A stretch of 41,786 nucleotides of DNA from NCBI RefSeq assembly GCF_001194135.2, contig NC_068999.1, positions 55,008,597-55,050,382 of the forward strand. Reading direction: 5' to 3'. This DNA is from Octopus bimaculoides. Taxonomy: Eukaryota. The notes under the pieces are model-generated. The model saw nothing but the letters and a program-made list of their open reading frames with translations, searched no databases and was not told where the DNA came from. Positions 22,240-34,139 of this stretch are shown one piece after another. Made by a program: the position numbers and the translations under genes. Every line of letters begins with the position of its first letter. The first letter of the stretch is position 1.

Positions 22240-22340
22240 TGTACAAATACAATGGACGAGTCTTTGATGTTTCGAGCCTATGCTCCTCAACAGAAAGGAA
22301 TGAGGAGAAAACAGAGGGAGGAAAAAATGAAGAGGAGAAA
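22240..22340 (-). mobile_element. Penelope-like pLTR fragment with variant minimal hammerhead-like motif
   Basis: Minus strand reads CTTT-CTGTTGAG-GAGC-ATAG-GCTC-GAAA-CATC-AAAG, preceded by a pyrimidine-rich tract. Same family as 1105-1209. Confidence 0.5.
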
Positions 22341-22344
22341 ATAA

Positions 22345-25102
22345 CATATGCGAATTAACTGCTGTTCCCCATTCTAGGGTCTCACCAGCCCACACCTTCC
22401 ACACCCTCAGAGTTGGTATACTCAATGTTGACACATTGAAAGGTAGGTCTGGTGAGATTGTTGAGATGCTTGAACAGAGATGTGTAGATTTGTGCTGCAT
22501 CCAAGAAGTAAGGTGGAGTGGAAGTTCTGCTAGGTTCCTCACAGGCAAAGAACATAGGTATAAGATTTTCTGGGCAGGGAACACTGACAGGGTCAGGGGC
22601 GTGGGTATACTTCTTGCAGAGAAATGGGTTGATAAGGTAATCGAGGTAGTCAGAGTCTGTGATAGAATACTTAAGATTAGATTAGTGCTGCAACATGGAT
22701 TAACAACCATTATCTTGGCCTATGCCCCTCAGCCAGGGCTACCTGACGAACAGAAAGACTGATTTTATGACAACCTCTTGCAGACAACTTTATCGACAAT
22801 GACAGGGACCTTCTCTTTGTGGCTGGTGACCTCAACGGGCATGTTAGACAACATCCAGGGAGCTTCAATGGTGTACATGGTGGCTATGGATTAGGTTCCT
22901 GCAATCAGGAGGGAACTAGGCTGCTGGAGTTCTGTGATACAAATGATCTTATGATCTGTAATATTAACTTCAGGAAACCTGCCAGTCATGTATTCACCTA
23001 CAAATCTGGTGGACACACTAGTCAGATTGACTACATTCTCACCAAGAAACAGGAAAGATGGCTACTTATAAATGCCAAAACCTTCCTAGATGAAGAATGC
23101 ACCCCACAACATAGACTAGTAGGTAACAACTTCAGGATCAGGGCTAAATGGCTGCTCAGAAGATGACCAGCATGGAAAAGAAGGGTCTGGAAGCTTAAGG
23201 ATCCTGTGAATGGACTGAAATTTAGAGACATATTACTTGAAATTTTTGACAAAAAAGAAGAGGATATAGCATCACATAATGTGGAAGACAACTGGAGGTT
23301 GCTACGAGACAACCTGTTGAGAGCTACTGACCAGATCTGTGGATGGTGCAAAGTCCCCTCTCGACCTAAGGTAACATGGTGGTGGAACAATGTAGTTGAC
23401 AGGGTCATTAGGGAAAAGAAACAGGCAAGGAAGAATTGGAAGTGCAGTGGTAGCAGGGAACTGTATCGGATCACCAGAAGGGAAGCTAGGAGACAGGTTT
23501 ACTTAGCAAAAAGGGGAAGTAGATAAGAAAAGATTTGCCAATGTTCTGCATTGTGAGGACCAAAGATTTGAAGTATTTCGTATTGCAAGATAGTGTGTGA
23601 GAGAGAATCATGATGTCATAGGAGAGAAATGTGTCTGCATGGATGATGGCTCACTTGCATTTAATGATGCTACAAAGAGACAGACTTGGAGGCGTCACTA
23701 TGAAATGTTGCTAAATGAAGAGAATGAACAGGAGAAAGAGAGTCTACCAAATGTGAACCCAACAGAGGGACCAGCTATTTGAATTAACAATACCTTGGTA
23801 GATAAAGCAATTAAGGGTATGAAAACAGGGAAAGCCCCTGGCTCATCAAGAATGCTTAAAATATCTGGCATTGAAGACTATAGTCTGGTCACCCGTATAG
23901 TCAACCAGCTGATACATGAAAGAGTCATACCCAGTGACTGGTGTAGCAGCACCATAGTCAACTGCTACAAAGGTAAAGGTGACACATTAGATACAAATAA
24001 TTACAGAGGTATCAAATTGTTGGATCAGGTGATGAAAGTCACAGAGAGGGTCATAGCCCAACTAATTAGAGACAGGGTTAGTTTAGATGAGATGCAGCTT
24101 GGGTTTGTGCCAGGGAAAAACACCACCGATGCTACATTTCTGGCAAGACAGCTGCAGGAGAAATACCTAGCCAAAGATAAACCTCTGTACTTGGCTTTTG
24201 TTGACTTGGAGAAAGCCTTTGACAGGACCCCCTGATCCCTTATCTGGTGGTCAATGCGGTAACTAGGGATAGATGAGTGGTTAGTGAGAGCTGTACAAGC
24301 CATAGACAGGGATGCTGTCAGTAAGGTGAGGGTTAGCAATGAGTACAGTAAAGAATTTCAGGTAGTAGGGGTTCACCAAGGACCATTCCTCAGCTCCCTC
24401 TTATTCATCATAGCCCTTCAGGCAATAACAGAGGAATTCAAGACAGACTGTTCCCAGGAGCTCCTCTATGCTGATGACCTTGCTCTCATTGCTGAGTCAC
24501 TATCAGAACTAGAGGAGAAGTTTCAGGTGTAAAAGCAAGGTCTAGAATTGAAGGGCCCTAGACTCAATCTTACAAAAGCCAAAGTCTTAGTAAGTGGGAA
24601 GGCAGACAAACCACAAATCCCTTCAGGTAGATGGCCCTGCTCGATCTGTAGAAAAGGTGTAGGAAGAAACTCCATAAAATGTACCTGGTGTAAGCTACGG
24701 ACACATATAAAGTGCAGCAATATCAAAGGAAGGTTAACCGGGAATATGGTAGAAGATGAGGTGGTGAAGCACGACCTTCGAGTGTTTAAACATTGGGTTT
24801 CGTGGAGGCAATGACAGGTGACTAAGACCTTTGGTAATATACTGTGCTTGACAAGACCTATCAAGCCAAGTGAGATCATAGTTGTGGCCAATGCTGGTGC
24901 CATGTAACTGACATCTCTGCCAGTGGGATATAAAAAGCACCCACTACAGTCTTGGAGTGGTTGGCGTTAGGAAGGGTATCCAGCTGTAGAAACCATGCCA
25001 AATCAAATTGGAACCTGGTGCAGCTCCTTGGCTTACCAGTTCTCAGTCAAACCATCCAACCCATGCCAGCATGGAAAACGGACGTTAAATGATGATGATG
25101 AT
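22345..25102 (+). mobile_element. Near-full-length decayed RTE-clade LINE
   Basis: APE motifs (CIQEVRW, GVGILL, AYAPQ, GDLNGH, SQIDYIL, QHRLV), RT motifs (KGKGD, NYRGIKLL, GFVPG, AFVDLEKAFD, VHQG, LLYADDL) and a (TGA)n 3' tail. Confidence 0.93.
22400..24750 (+). pseudogene. Fragmented RTE endonuclease-reverse transcriptase ORF
   Basis: ORF pieces 22436-22762, 22819-23166, 23206-23526, 23597-23782, 23795-24235, 24284-24532 and 24548-24750 lie in domain order, broken by stops and frameshifts. Confidence 0.9.
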
Positions 25103-25494
25103 GTGTTTTAATTTTTAACTTCTACCAATATTCTTTTGATTCACTGGGATCAATATAGTCAAATTCATCTGTAGTTGTTTTCTTTCTTATGTATTATGTA
25201 TGTATGTATGCATCTTTGCATGTATGTATGTATGTATGTATGTATGTATGTATGTGTGTATGTATGTATGTGTATTTATATGTGAGCACACGTGTATGTT
25301 TCTGTGTGTGTATATATGTGCATGTGTGTATGTGTGTATGTGCGTATTAGTGTGTTTGCATGTGTGTGTGTGTTCACATATGAGAATAGCACTGACTTTC
25401 ACTGTACAAAAGTATAACTTCCATCAACCTCAGGCAAGTTGTGTTTTAGGAATTACATTAGTAAACAAGGTAAATTCTTCACCATAGAGCCATT

Positions 25495-25855
25495 GTCACA
25501 GGCATGGTTGTATGGTAAAGAAGTTTATTTTGTAACTGCATGGTTTCGAATTCAAACCAATTGCCTAGCACTTTGACCAAGTGTCTTCTATTATAGACTC
25601 TCAGAATGAATCTGGGAAACAGACACTATGCAGAAGTTTGTTGTGTGTGTGTGTGTGTGTTTGTCTTTGACTTTGTGCGTTTGTTTTTGAGTTTCTGTTT
25701 TTTTCTTGTAGCAGTTTGACAAAAAGAAACTGAAAGAGTAAAAAATACCAGACTTCAAAATAAATTCTCACGTTAATTTGATTCCACTAAAACCATTTAT
25801 GGCAGTGCCCCAGCATGGCCACAATCCAATGATCAAACCCAGTGAAAGAATAAAA
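25495..25855 (+). mobile_element. Microsatellite-containing SINE copy
   Basis: Diverged match to 16745-17135. Confidence 0.65.
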
Positions 25856-26739
25856 CAGTTAAACAATAGTATTACACAAGAGCATAGAACTTTTTGCCAT
25901 GGTTTTCTAAAGCATAAAATAAGCTGACCTTAACAGTGACTTCATCATGCCAAAAACACAAAGAGACGTAATACCTTCTGCCTTCTTGTCTATTAATGAC
26001 TAGGTCAGGAACAACTTTTGGCAAATTCTTCCTTCAGGCAGTTTGCCATGGGTTAAAGTTGTAAGTTCTTTTTTTGTTTGTTTGTTTTTGTTTTGGCTAA
26101 TTACCAAATTGCCCATATTCAAAGAAGGGAAGAATTAAAAAGAGAACAAATAGAAATGTGTTTTGGCAGAAGATCTTTTTCTTCTTAATTTTCTTTGATT
26201 TAAATGATAAACTCAATCAAGGCATTACATCTTATGACAATATCCACGCATTAATAACAATGTACAAACATGTACATACATGCATATGCACATATACATG
26301 CAGACACATGCAGACACATGCATACACATATGTATGCAATGTATGTAGGTATGTGCATTTAAATACACAGTTACTGAGCATTTAACGTCCGCATTAAACT
26401 CCAAAACATTATAATTTTGCTGTAAATTCAAGTTGAAAAAGTTTGCATTACAAATAATTGGCTAAATCATGGTTAATTAGTATAAAATAATTTAAATTAT
26501 ATCAATTCAAAGCAATATTTATCTGAAATGTTTATCAGAAATATTATGAGCTATGCTAGTCATACACTATTGCTGGTTTAGATACAAGCAAAATGGAGAG
26601 AATAAATATAAATGAAATATATATATGTATATATATATGTGAAATGAAATATATGTATATATATTTATATTATCATATAATATGCATGCACACACACACA
26701 AGTTTGTATATATCATGTTTTACTTGTTTCATTTATTCA

Positions 26740-27165
26740 ACTATGGTTATGCTGGGGCACTCGTTGAAGGGCTTAGTCAAATAAATTGACTTGAGTACTG
26801 ATTTCATAAGTCTAGTACTTATTCTAGCAGTTTCTTTTGCCAAACTGCTAAGCTATGGAGACATAAACAAACCAACACTGGTTGTAAAATGACGCTGGGG
26901 AGCCAAACACAAAGGAACACACACATATTTACATATACATACATACATTTCCCCACACACATATGTATGTGTGTGTATGTGTGCGTGCATGTATGCATGT
27001 AATTATGCAACAGGCTTCTTTCAGTTTCCATCTACCAAATCCACTCACAAGGCTTTGGTCAGCCTGGGGCTATAATAGAAGACAACTGCCTAAGGTGCCA
27101 CTCAGTGAGACTGAACCCAAGATCACATGGTTGGGAAGTAAGATTCTTACCCACACAACTATATA
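26740..27165 (-). mobile_element. Microsatellite-containing SINE copy
   Basis: Reverse-complement match to 16745-17135. Confidence 0.7.
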
Positions 27166-28059
27166 TGAAATGACAGGATTTTATTTTGTGCAGTAGAGAT
27201 GAATTTGAGATGTCTGGAGTATGGTGTGAAGGTACCAACTTTTATTTTGTGCATTAGAGATGACTTTGAGATGTCTGGAGTATGGTCTGAAGATACCACC
27301 TTTAAGGGGGTCAAACAATCAACTCCAGTAAATACTTTTTAAAGTCTGATACTTATTGTATCAGTCATTTTTGGCTGACCACTAAGTTATGGGGATGGAA
27401 ACAAACCAGCACTGGTTGTCAAATGGTTGGGGGAGGGGCAGATCAAACCATGCCAGCATGGAAAACGGACGTTAAATGATGATGATGATGATGGTCATGT
27501 TGAATTAAATTGGAATTTAATTACTGTGTGACCTGATAGTAGTTCTTCAGCCGAAATGTGTACAAAGAGTTCTACTTAATTCTCCAAATTCATTTTCTGC
27601 CATACATATGTACGTATATATATATATATATATATCAAAATAAGCAACAAGGATATCCAGAGGTGGTGGTGGTGGTGATGTTGGTGGTGATGGTTGTGGT
27701 GGTAGTGTTGGTTGTGATAGTGATAATTGTGGTGGTGGTGCTAGTGGTGGTGATGGTTATGGTGGTGGTGGTGGTGGTAATGGTGTTTATGATGTTTATG
27801 ATGACAGTGTTGGTTGTGTTGGTCATATTGTTTGTGGTGGTGGTGGTGGTGCTAGACTATAATAGAAAGCATTTACCCAACGTACCACATGTTGAGACTG
27901 AGCCCAAAAACTACATGGTTACAAAGTGAGCTTCTTAACCACACAGCCATGTCTGTTCCTATGCAACATATCTTTTTCTAAAGGCGTGATTAATCTAGCA
28001 GGAATGAGAGTAAATGCAGGGCTTTACTCTCATTCGATGCAGGAGCTTCGAGCAGGAAG

Positions 28060-28260
28060 AGGCCTCATGCAGACCCCACACCAGATGGCTGGACACGATC
28101 AGGGAGGATCTCTAGAGGCTTAACATCACCTCGGAGAATGTCAGTGATGGAGAGCACAGGTGGAGCTTGGTTGGCCCTATGCATGATGACATCTCAGGGA
28201 CCACTAACTGACCCCAGCCTCATCAAGCAAGAACATGAAGCAGATTAGAGCTTGAAGCAA
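28060..28260 (+). mobile_element. Old RTE-like LINE C-terminal remnant
   Basis: ...ccagatggctggacacgatcagggaggatctc...aggcttaacatcacc reads as RWLDTIREDL-RLNIT, a typical RTE C-terminal pattern. Confidence 0.45.
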
Positions 28261-29443
28261 ACAAGACAAGGTGTGATTTGTGGTAACTTGGTTGCCATTT
28301 TTTAACAGAATGAGTGACCCTGTCCTTGTTGGCAGCTGCTGTTGCCATTTTTGTTAATGGGATGGTAGTAGCTGATCTCTATTTGGCGCCCCCCCCCCGC
28401 TCCCTCTTCCTCTACTATTGTCATGTGACACTGGTCTTTTTACCTTCTGCTCTCTTTGTGTGTGTGTGTATGTCTTTCTCATGAACATGGACCTAAATTC
28501 CACCATTGCCACCCTCACTACAACCACCACCTCTAGCACTATTACCACCACCACCACCACCACCACCACCATAGCAATGAATCACTAGTTGACCTTCTTC
28601 CAATCATCACCTATGTCCTATACCTCACCCCCACATCAATCTATACACCATGATGGTGGTAGTGGTAGTTGTGGTGGGGATGGTTAAGTTAGTGATGGTA
28701 GTGGTGGTGGTGGTGGTAGTGATGAGTGTAGTGTGGTGAAGATGGTTGTGCTGGTGGTGGTGATGGTGATGGTGATGGTGGAAGAGTTACTAATATTGGT
28801 TTCGATTTTGGCATAAGACCTCAATTTCAGAGGCATGGTGGTGGTGGTGGTTGTAGTGGTGGGGGTTTGACTGCACTGACCGACCTCCCCACTCACCCAT
28901 CATGTTCAACTCGTACTTATTTTATCAACCCCGAAAGGGTGAAAGGCAAAATCGACCTTGACAGCATTTGAACTCAGAATATAAAGTCAGAAGAAATGCT
29001 ACTAAGCTTCTTCCTGCCTTAGAATTAATTACTGAGTTCAAATTTTGGTACAATGCCAGCAATTTTGGGAGAGGGGTAAGTCGACTGGATCAATCCCACT
29101 ACTTATTTTATCAATCCTAAAAGGATAAAATGCAAAGTCAGCTTCAGTGGAGTTTTAACTCAGAGCATAAAAATGGACAAAATGCCATTAAGAATTTTAC
29201 CCGCTGATTTTTTCGGAGAAAACGTTTCATTTTCAGACGAATTTTTTTATTGCTTTTTTTTATATAGTTGACTATCTCATCTGATGTATCCAAGCTTCTA
29301 TAGAAGGTTCATACTCATTGTCATCTGAGCTCAACATCTGGGTGTAATTTGTAAAAAAACAAACAGAAAAAAAACCCAAGAAATGTTGAGAATTGACATA
29401 TAAACTCATCTGTGGCGATTTTTGAAATTATATGTTTTGGACT

Positions 29444-29755
29444 GTGGAGGCACAATGGCCCAGTGTTTAGGGCAGCAGACTCACGGTCAGAGGATCGTGG
29501 TTTCAATTCCCAGATCAGGTGTTGTGCGTGTTTATTGAGCGAAAACATCTAAAGCTCCACGAGGCTCTGGGAGGGGGTGGTGGCGACCCCTGTTGTACTC
29601 TTTCGTCCCAACTTTCTCTCACTCTTTCTTCCTGTTTCTTGAATAACACTGCGATGGACTGGCATCCTGTCCAGCTGGGGGGAACACATACGCCATAGAA
29701 ACCGGGAAACCAGGCCCATGAGCCTTGCTAGGCTTTAGAAGAGCATAAAAAAAAA
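29444..29755 (+). mobile_element. tRNA-derived SINE (head A + tail Y)
   Basis: The first ~195 nt match 10877-11070. The sequence then switches to gcgatggactggcatcctgtccag...ccgggaaaccaggcccatgagcc and an A-tract. Confidence 0.8.
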
Positions 29756-29984
29756 GAATGTTTTGGACTAGTTTACTCGTTGCACCCTGAAAAAGACAAA
29801 TTGGGTGAAGACAAGTTAACTCGTCTTTGCTGAGTAAGGGATTAAGCATCTTGCCCAGTGTGATAATGATTCTGCCAGCTTCTTACCACTTTAAAATTAA
29901 TTATTAATACTGAATGTATATGACAACAGAGTCTTTCTTACACGTATATATACGTATTACCTGTACATTCTTTACATACAGCTG

Positions 29985-30237
29985 CAGATGTGGCTGTGTG
30001 GTAAGAAACTTGCTTCCCAAACACATGGTTCCTGGTTCAGTCCCACTGTGTGGCATTTTGGGCAAGCGTCTTCTACTATAGCATGTTGACCAAAGCCTTG
30101 TGAATGGATTTGGTAGATTTGGAAACTGAAAGAAGCCCCTCATATGTGTGTGTGTGTGTGTGTGTTTGTGTGTGTGTGTGCGCGCGTGCGTTTGTGTGTA
30201 TGTATGTGTGTGTGTCTGTGTTGTGTGTGTGTGTGAT

Positions 30238-30281
<44 letters not shown>

Positions 30282-30510
30282 TGTGTATGTTTCTTTTGTG
30301 TCTGTGTTTGTCTCCCACCACTGCTTGACAACAGGTTTTGGGGTGTTTACAAACCCATAACTTAGCAGTTTGGCAAATAGAGTGATAGAATAAGTACCAG
30401 GTTTAAAAAAAAAGACAAGCACTGGGGTCGATTCATTTGACTAAAGGTTCTTCAAGGCAGTGCCCCAGCATGGCCAAAGTCTAATGACTGAAACAAGTAA
30501 AAGATAAAAG
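29985..30510 (+). mobile_element. Microsatellite-containing SINE copy
   Basis: Full match to the 16745-17135 family with an expanded internal (TG)n. Confidence 0.8.
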
Positions 30511-30545
<35 letters not shown>

Positions 30546-30751
30546 AACACATGCATAAGTTGATTGACCTGGGAGAAACAACAACCAAATTCTCTCAGTT
30601 TTCATATTTTATTGTACTAAAAATGGAAGGACACATTAATAAAATTTAAGTCCAGCTGTATAAAATGCACGAGGCTTGTGAGTGGAATCAAGAATGATGA
30701 GGAAGCAAGGGTCGCTAAACATCAACAGCACATATACACACACACACACCA

Positions 30752-30789
<38 letters not shown>

Positions 30790-31184
30790 ATGCATAAATA
30801 TATATAAATATATAATTATATATACATATATACTTAGGTTCGAGAGGTAAGTTCAGTAAGTCCAGTACCTAGGTATAAATACATAATGGGAATGTGTATG
30901 TAAACACACGCACACACATACATATATATGTGTGTGTGCATGTGTATGAGTGTGTGTATATATATGTATACACTGACACAAATGCACATGGAGCACACTG
31001 AGAATTGACAGGAATTAGGATGGACATGCAACAGCAGAAATCCAGCTAAAAGTGGAATGTGTGAGTCAGGCATGACCCTTGATTCAACTAGGGGGGGGGA
31101 GCAGCAGCAAATAAGATGCAATTCAGATGTGATGACCCATCCAACAATATGTTTAGGGAGAAGGCAAACGAAATGCTCATGAAG

Positions 31185-31460
31185 GTGATGATGATGATGG
31201 TGGTGGTGGTGGTGGTGGTGGTGGTGGTGTTGGTGGTACTGGTGGCAGTGATGAAGAAACCGATTATGAAGATGATCATGATGGTGATGACAATGATGAT
31301 GATGATGATGACGNNNNNNNNNNTGATGAAGAAACCGATTATGAAGATGATCATGATGGTGATGACAATGATGATGATGATGATGACGACGACGACGACG
31401 ACGATGATGATGAAGATGGTTATGAAGATGATGATGATGATGATGATGATGGTAAAGATG
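31185..31460. repeat. (GAT/GGT)n compound trinucleotide repeat
   Basis: Read directly from the sequence; it produces spurious poly-His and poly-Met ORFs. Confidence 0.9.
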
Positions 31461-31557
31461 ATTTAAATAAAGTGCTTCCACACAGATACTGTCTACCAAA
31501 TTTCGCTAGCAAGAATGACAATGTCATATCTGTTAACCATCTGCAATACATACTGAG

Positions 31558-31595
<38 letters not shown>

Positions 31596-32574
31596 CCAGT
31601 ACCACCATTATAACCATGACAACCACATTTACCACCATCATATTCCCCACCACCACCATAACCACTACCACAACCACAGCCACCACCACCACAACTATCA
31701 CCATCACCATCACCACCACCACTGCTGTTGCTACTGCCACCGTCGCAACTACTGCCTCCTCCACTACTACCACCACTATATCTAACTACCAAATTATTCA
31801 TTTCATCTTAGTTGTGGGATTATCTGGTGTTGGTTTGATGTTGTTGTTTCATTAATCTTAATTAATCTGGATGCTGGACAGTCTAGCAAACACTATGAGC
31901 AGTTTGAGTATTAGCTATGTTTAATGAAGAATTAATTGGTTACCCCTGCTACAAACATAGCTCACCAATGATGGACCAGTGTGAGGGGATGCTCATGGTT
32001 GGAATGCCTTTGATTATAAGTTGGCTCCACCATCAACATTAACCATAGAGGGGACAAACAAGGGGATTAAGTCGATTACATTGACCCCAGTGATTAACTG
32101 GTACTTCCTAGGTCTAACCAACAGTAGTATTATTCCCTTCAGGGGACTGTTGCATTAAGTTGACAGCATACAACTATTCTAGGGATGTTTGAAAGTCTTC
32201 TCCACAGTGTCTGCACTGATCATATTTGAATTGTTTCTTTCAGTACTTGTGCCAATGGTGTTTGCATTGTTTTTTTAGTGACTGCATTAATGGTATTTGA
32301 ATTGTCCCCCTTAGTACCCACATCATTTGTGTTTGAATTATCATCCTAAGGGTGCTGGTACCTATGGTGATGATGCTTGAATTCTACCCCTTGGAGGGGT
32401 TTAATTTGTTTTCCTTAGTACAGCCCTCAATCAGTTGAACACAAGCAGTTCTATGTTGACAATCTGTAGAGGATTAGTGGCAGGCAAAAATCAACGACAT
32501 TCCTGTGGAAACTCTGTGTGATGACAGAAATCAACTGGTTGGTCTGTTCTGGGGGATTTTCAGACCAGGCCTTT

Positions 32575-32955
32575 TCTATCTCTTACTTGTTTCAGTCATT
32601 AAACTGCAGCCATGCTGGGGCACCACCATGACGAATTTTTAGTTGAATGAATCAACCCCAGTACTTTTATATTCTCTTTAAGCCTGGTACTTATTCTATC
32701 AGTCTCTTTTGCTGAACTGCTAAGTTATGGGGACATAAATGCACCAGCACTGGTTGTTGAGTGGTTGGGATCAGATACAAACACACACAGATACAACGGG
32801 CTTCTTTCAGTTTCCATCTACCAAATCCACTCACAAGGCTTTGGTTGGCCCGAGGCTATAGTAGACGACAATTGCCCAAGGAGCCATGCAATGAGCATGA
32901 ACCTGGAATCATGAGGTTGAGAAGCAAATTTCTTACCACACAGCCATGCCTGCAC
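32575..32955 (-). mobile_element. Microsatellite-containing SINE copy
   Basis: Reverse-complement match to 16745-17135. Confidence 0.8.
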
Positions 32956-33418
32956 CTATCCATATAGCCATTCCTGTGCCTATGGATAATTTGTGGCTAA
33001 TTTCTAGAAATTCCTGGCCTGGCGGTCTGACTGGTATGGTATTCGCTGCTGGTTTGAGATAAACTCTACAGACATGGAAGTACCAACAGTTGTGTGAAGA
33101 GTGTGGAAGTACCAACAGATGTGTGAAGAGTGACAAAAGTGTTCATCTGATACTTGAGCACTGCTAACTTGTGTCGGGCCCCTGCTGTCACGTGTGGTCG
33201 TGGATCTGGCTGTCGTCATTGTGAACATTGGTCTTACCACATTCCTTTGCCTGTCAAGGACGGGCATTTTATCCGTTTGACAGTTTTAGCAAAGGAGATT
33301 ATAGGATGGATGAGATTGAAAGAACTGAAGACAAACACCTTTTACTTTGGCCAAACCCTCATCAACTTTTTCAAGTTTCACTTAAAAAGGGGACTCAGGA
33401 TGGAAGGGGAAGTGCTGC

Positions 33419-33648
33419 TTTGACCCTTTAGCATTCAGATTATTCTGTCAAATGTAATGCTTATTTATTCACGTTGTTTCGAAGTATTCATGTATTATCT
33501 TGTAACTTTCTGACTTCAGTGTTGTAACTGTTTCTGTTTAGAATGGCAAATGTTGGCTAGTCTGAGAGGCTGGATCTGGCTAGTTTCAACATAAAACAGA
33601 AAGACTATTTTGGCTGGATATGGCTTGTTTAAATGCTAAAAGGTCAAA
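33419..33648. mobile_element. MITE with piggyBac-like ends
   Basis: Termini tttgaccctttagcatt and aatgctaaaaggtcaaa are inverted repeats, resembling TTAA-CCC ends. Confidence 0.55.
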
Positions 33649-34103
33649 CAGATTAGTTAGAAGATGGTGAGAATGATCCAGTGAAAGGGCTTGCTCTGAG
33701 CATTCACTTGTAGATTAGAGAACTAGAAGAAGGCACTTGCCTTTAAAGGTCAGGGTGACCGTAGCTTTGTGGGGTTACCACCAGTGGCCTTTTGAGGTTA
33801 CTCTAGTTTTGTGGTATTATTCTTTGCTTGAAAGTTTTCTTTCTGTTTCTGTTATTATTCTTTTTTAAGTAATCCCATCCTGTATCATCCTGTACCAATC
33901 TCAATGGTTTTATCAACACTTGGTGGTTAAAAAATTAAAAACACATTATCATTATTGTTACTTTACTTCTTTCAATTTTCTTTCCGTTTCTTGCCGAGTG
34001 TTTTCTTGACACCTAGGGCAAAGAAACTGCATACATTGGTAGGCCACTAAAATAAATACACCAAATTGTTCATCTATAAAGTCAAGATATTTTATTATTA
34101 TTA

Positions 34104-34138
<35 letters not shown>

Positions 34139-34139
34139 G

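Noticed and set aside
27179-27300. 61-bp two-unit tandem repeat
   Set aside because: Ordinary local duplication with no spacer or structure.
29200-29345. Acidic MLSSDDNEYEPSIE peptide resembling a piggyBac N-terminus
   Set aside because: Too short and low in complexity, with no catalytic domain or TIR nearby.
31249-31390. Identical ~60-nt sequence on both sides of a 10-N gap
   Set aside because: Typical unmerged contig overlap, so likely an assembly artifact.
30834-31855. Poly-His, poly-Thr and Gly-rich ORFs
   Set aside because: They are translations of trinucleotide microsatellites, with no complex sequence or splice support.
32165-32225. Minus-strand QCRHCGEDF, resembling a C2H2 zinc-finger start
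   Set aside because: A stop follows immediately, with no His pair or linker. At most it is a LINE zinc-knuckle remnant.
33075-33132. 29-bp direct repeat (28/29 identical) resembling a CRISPR repeat
   Set aside because: Only two adjacent units with no spacer and no cas genes, in eukaryotic DNA. It is a simple tandem duplication.
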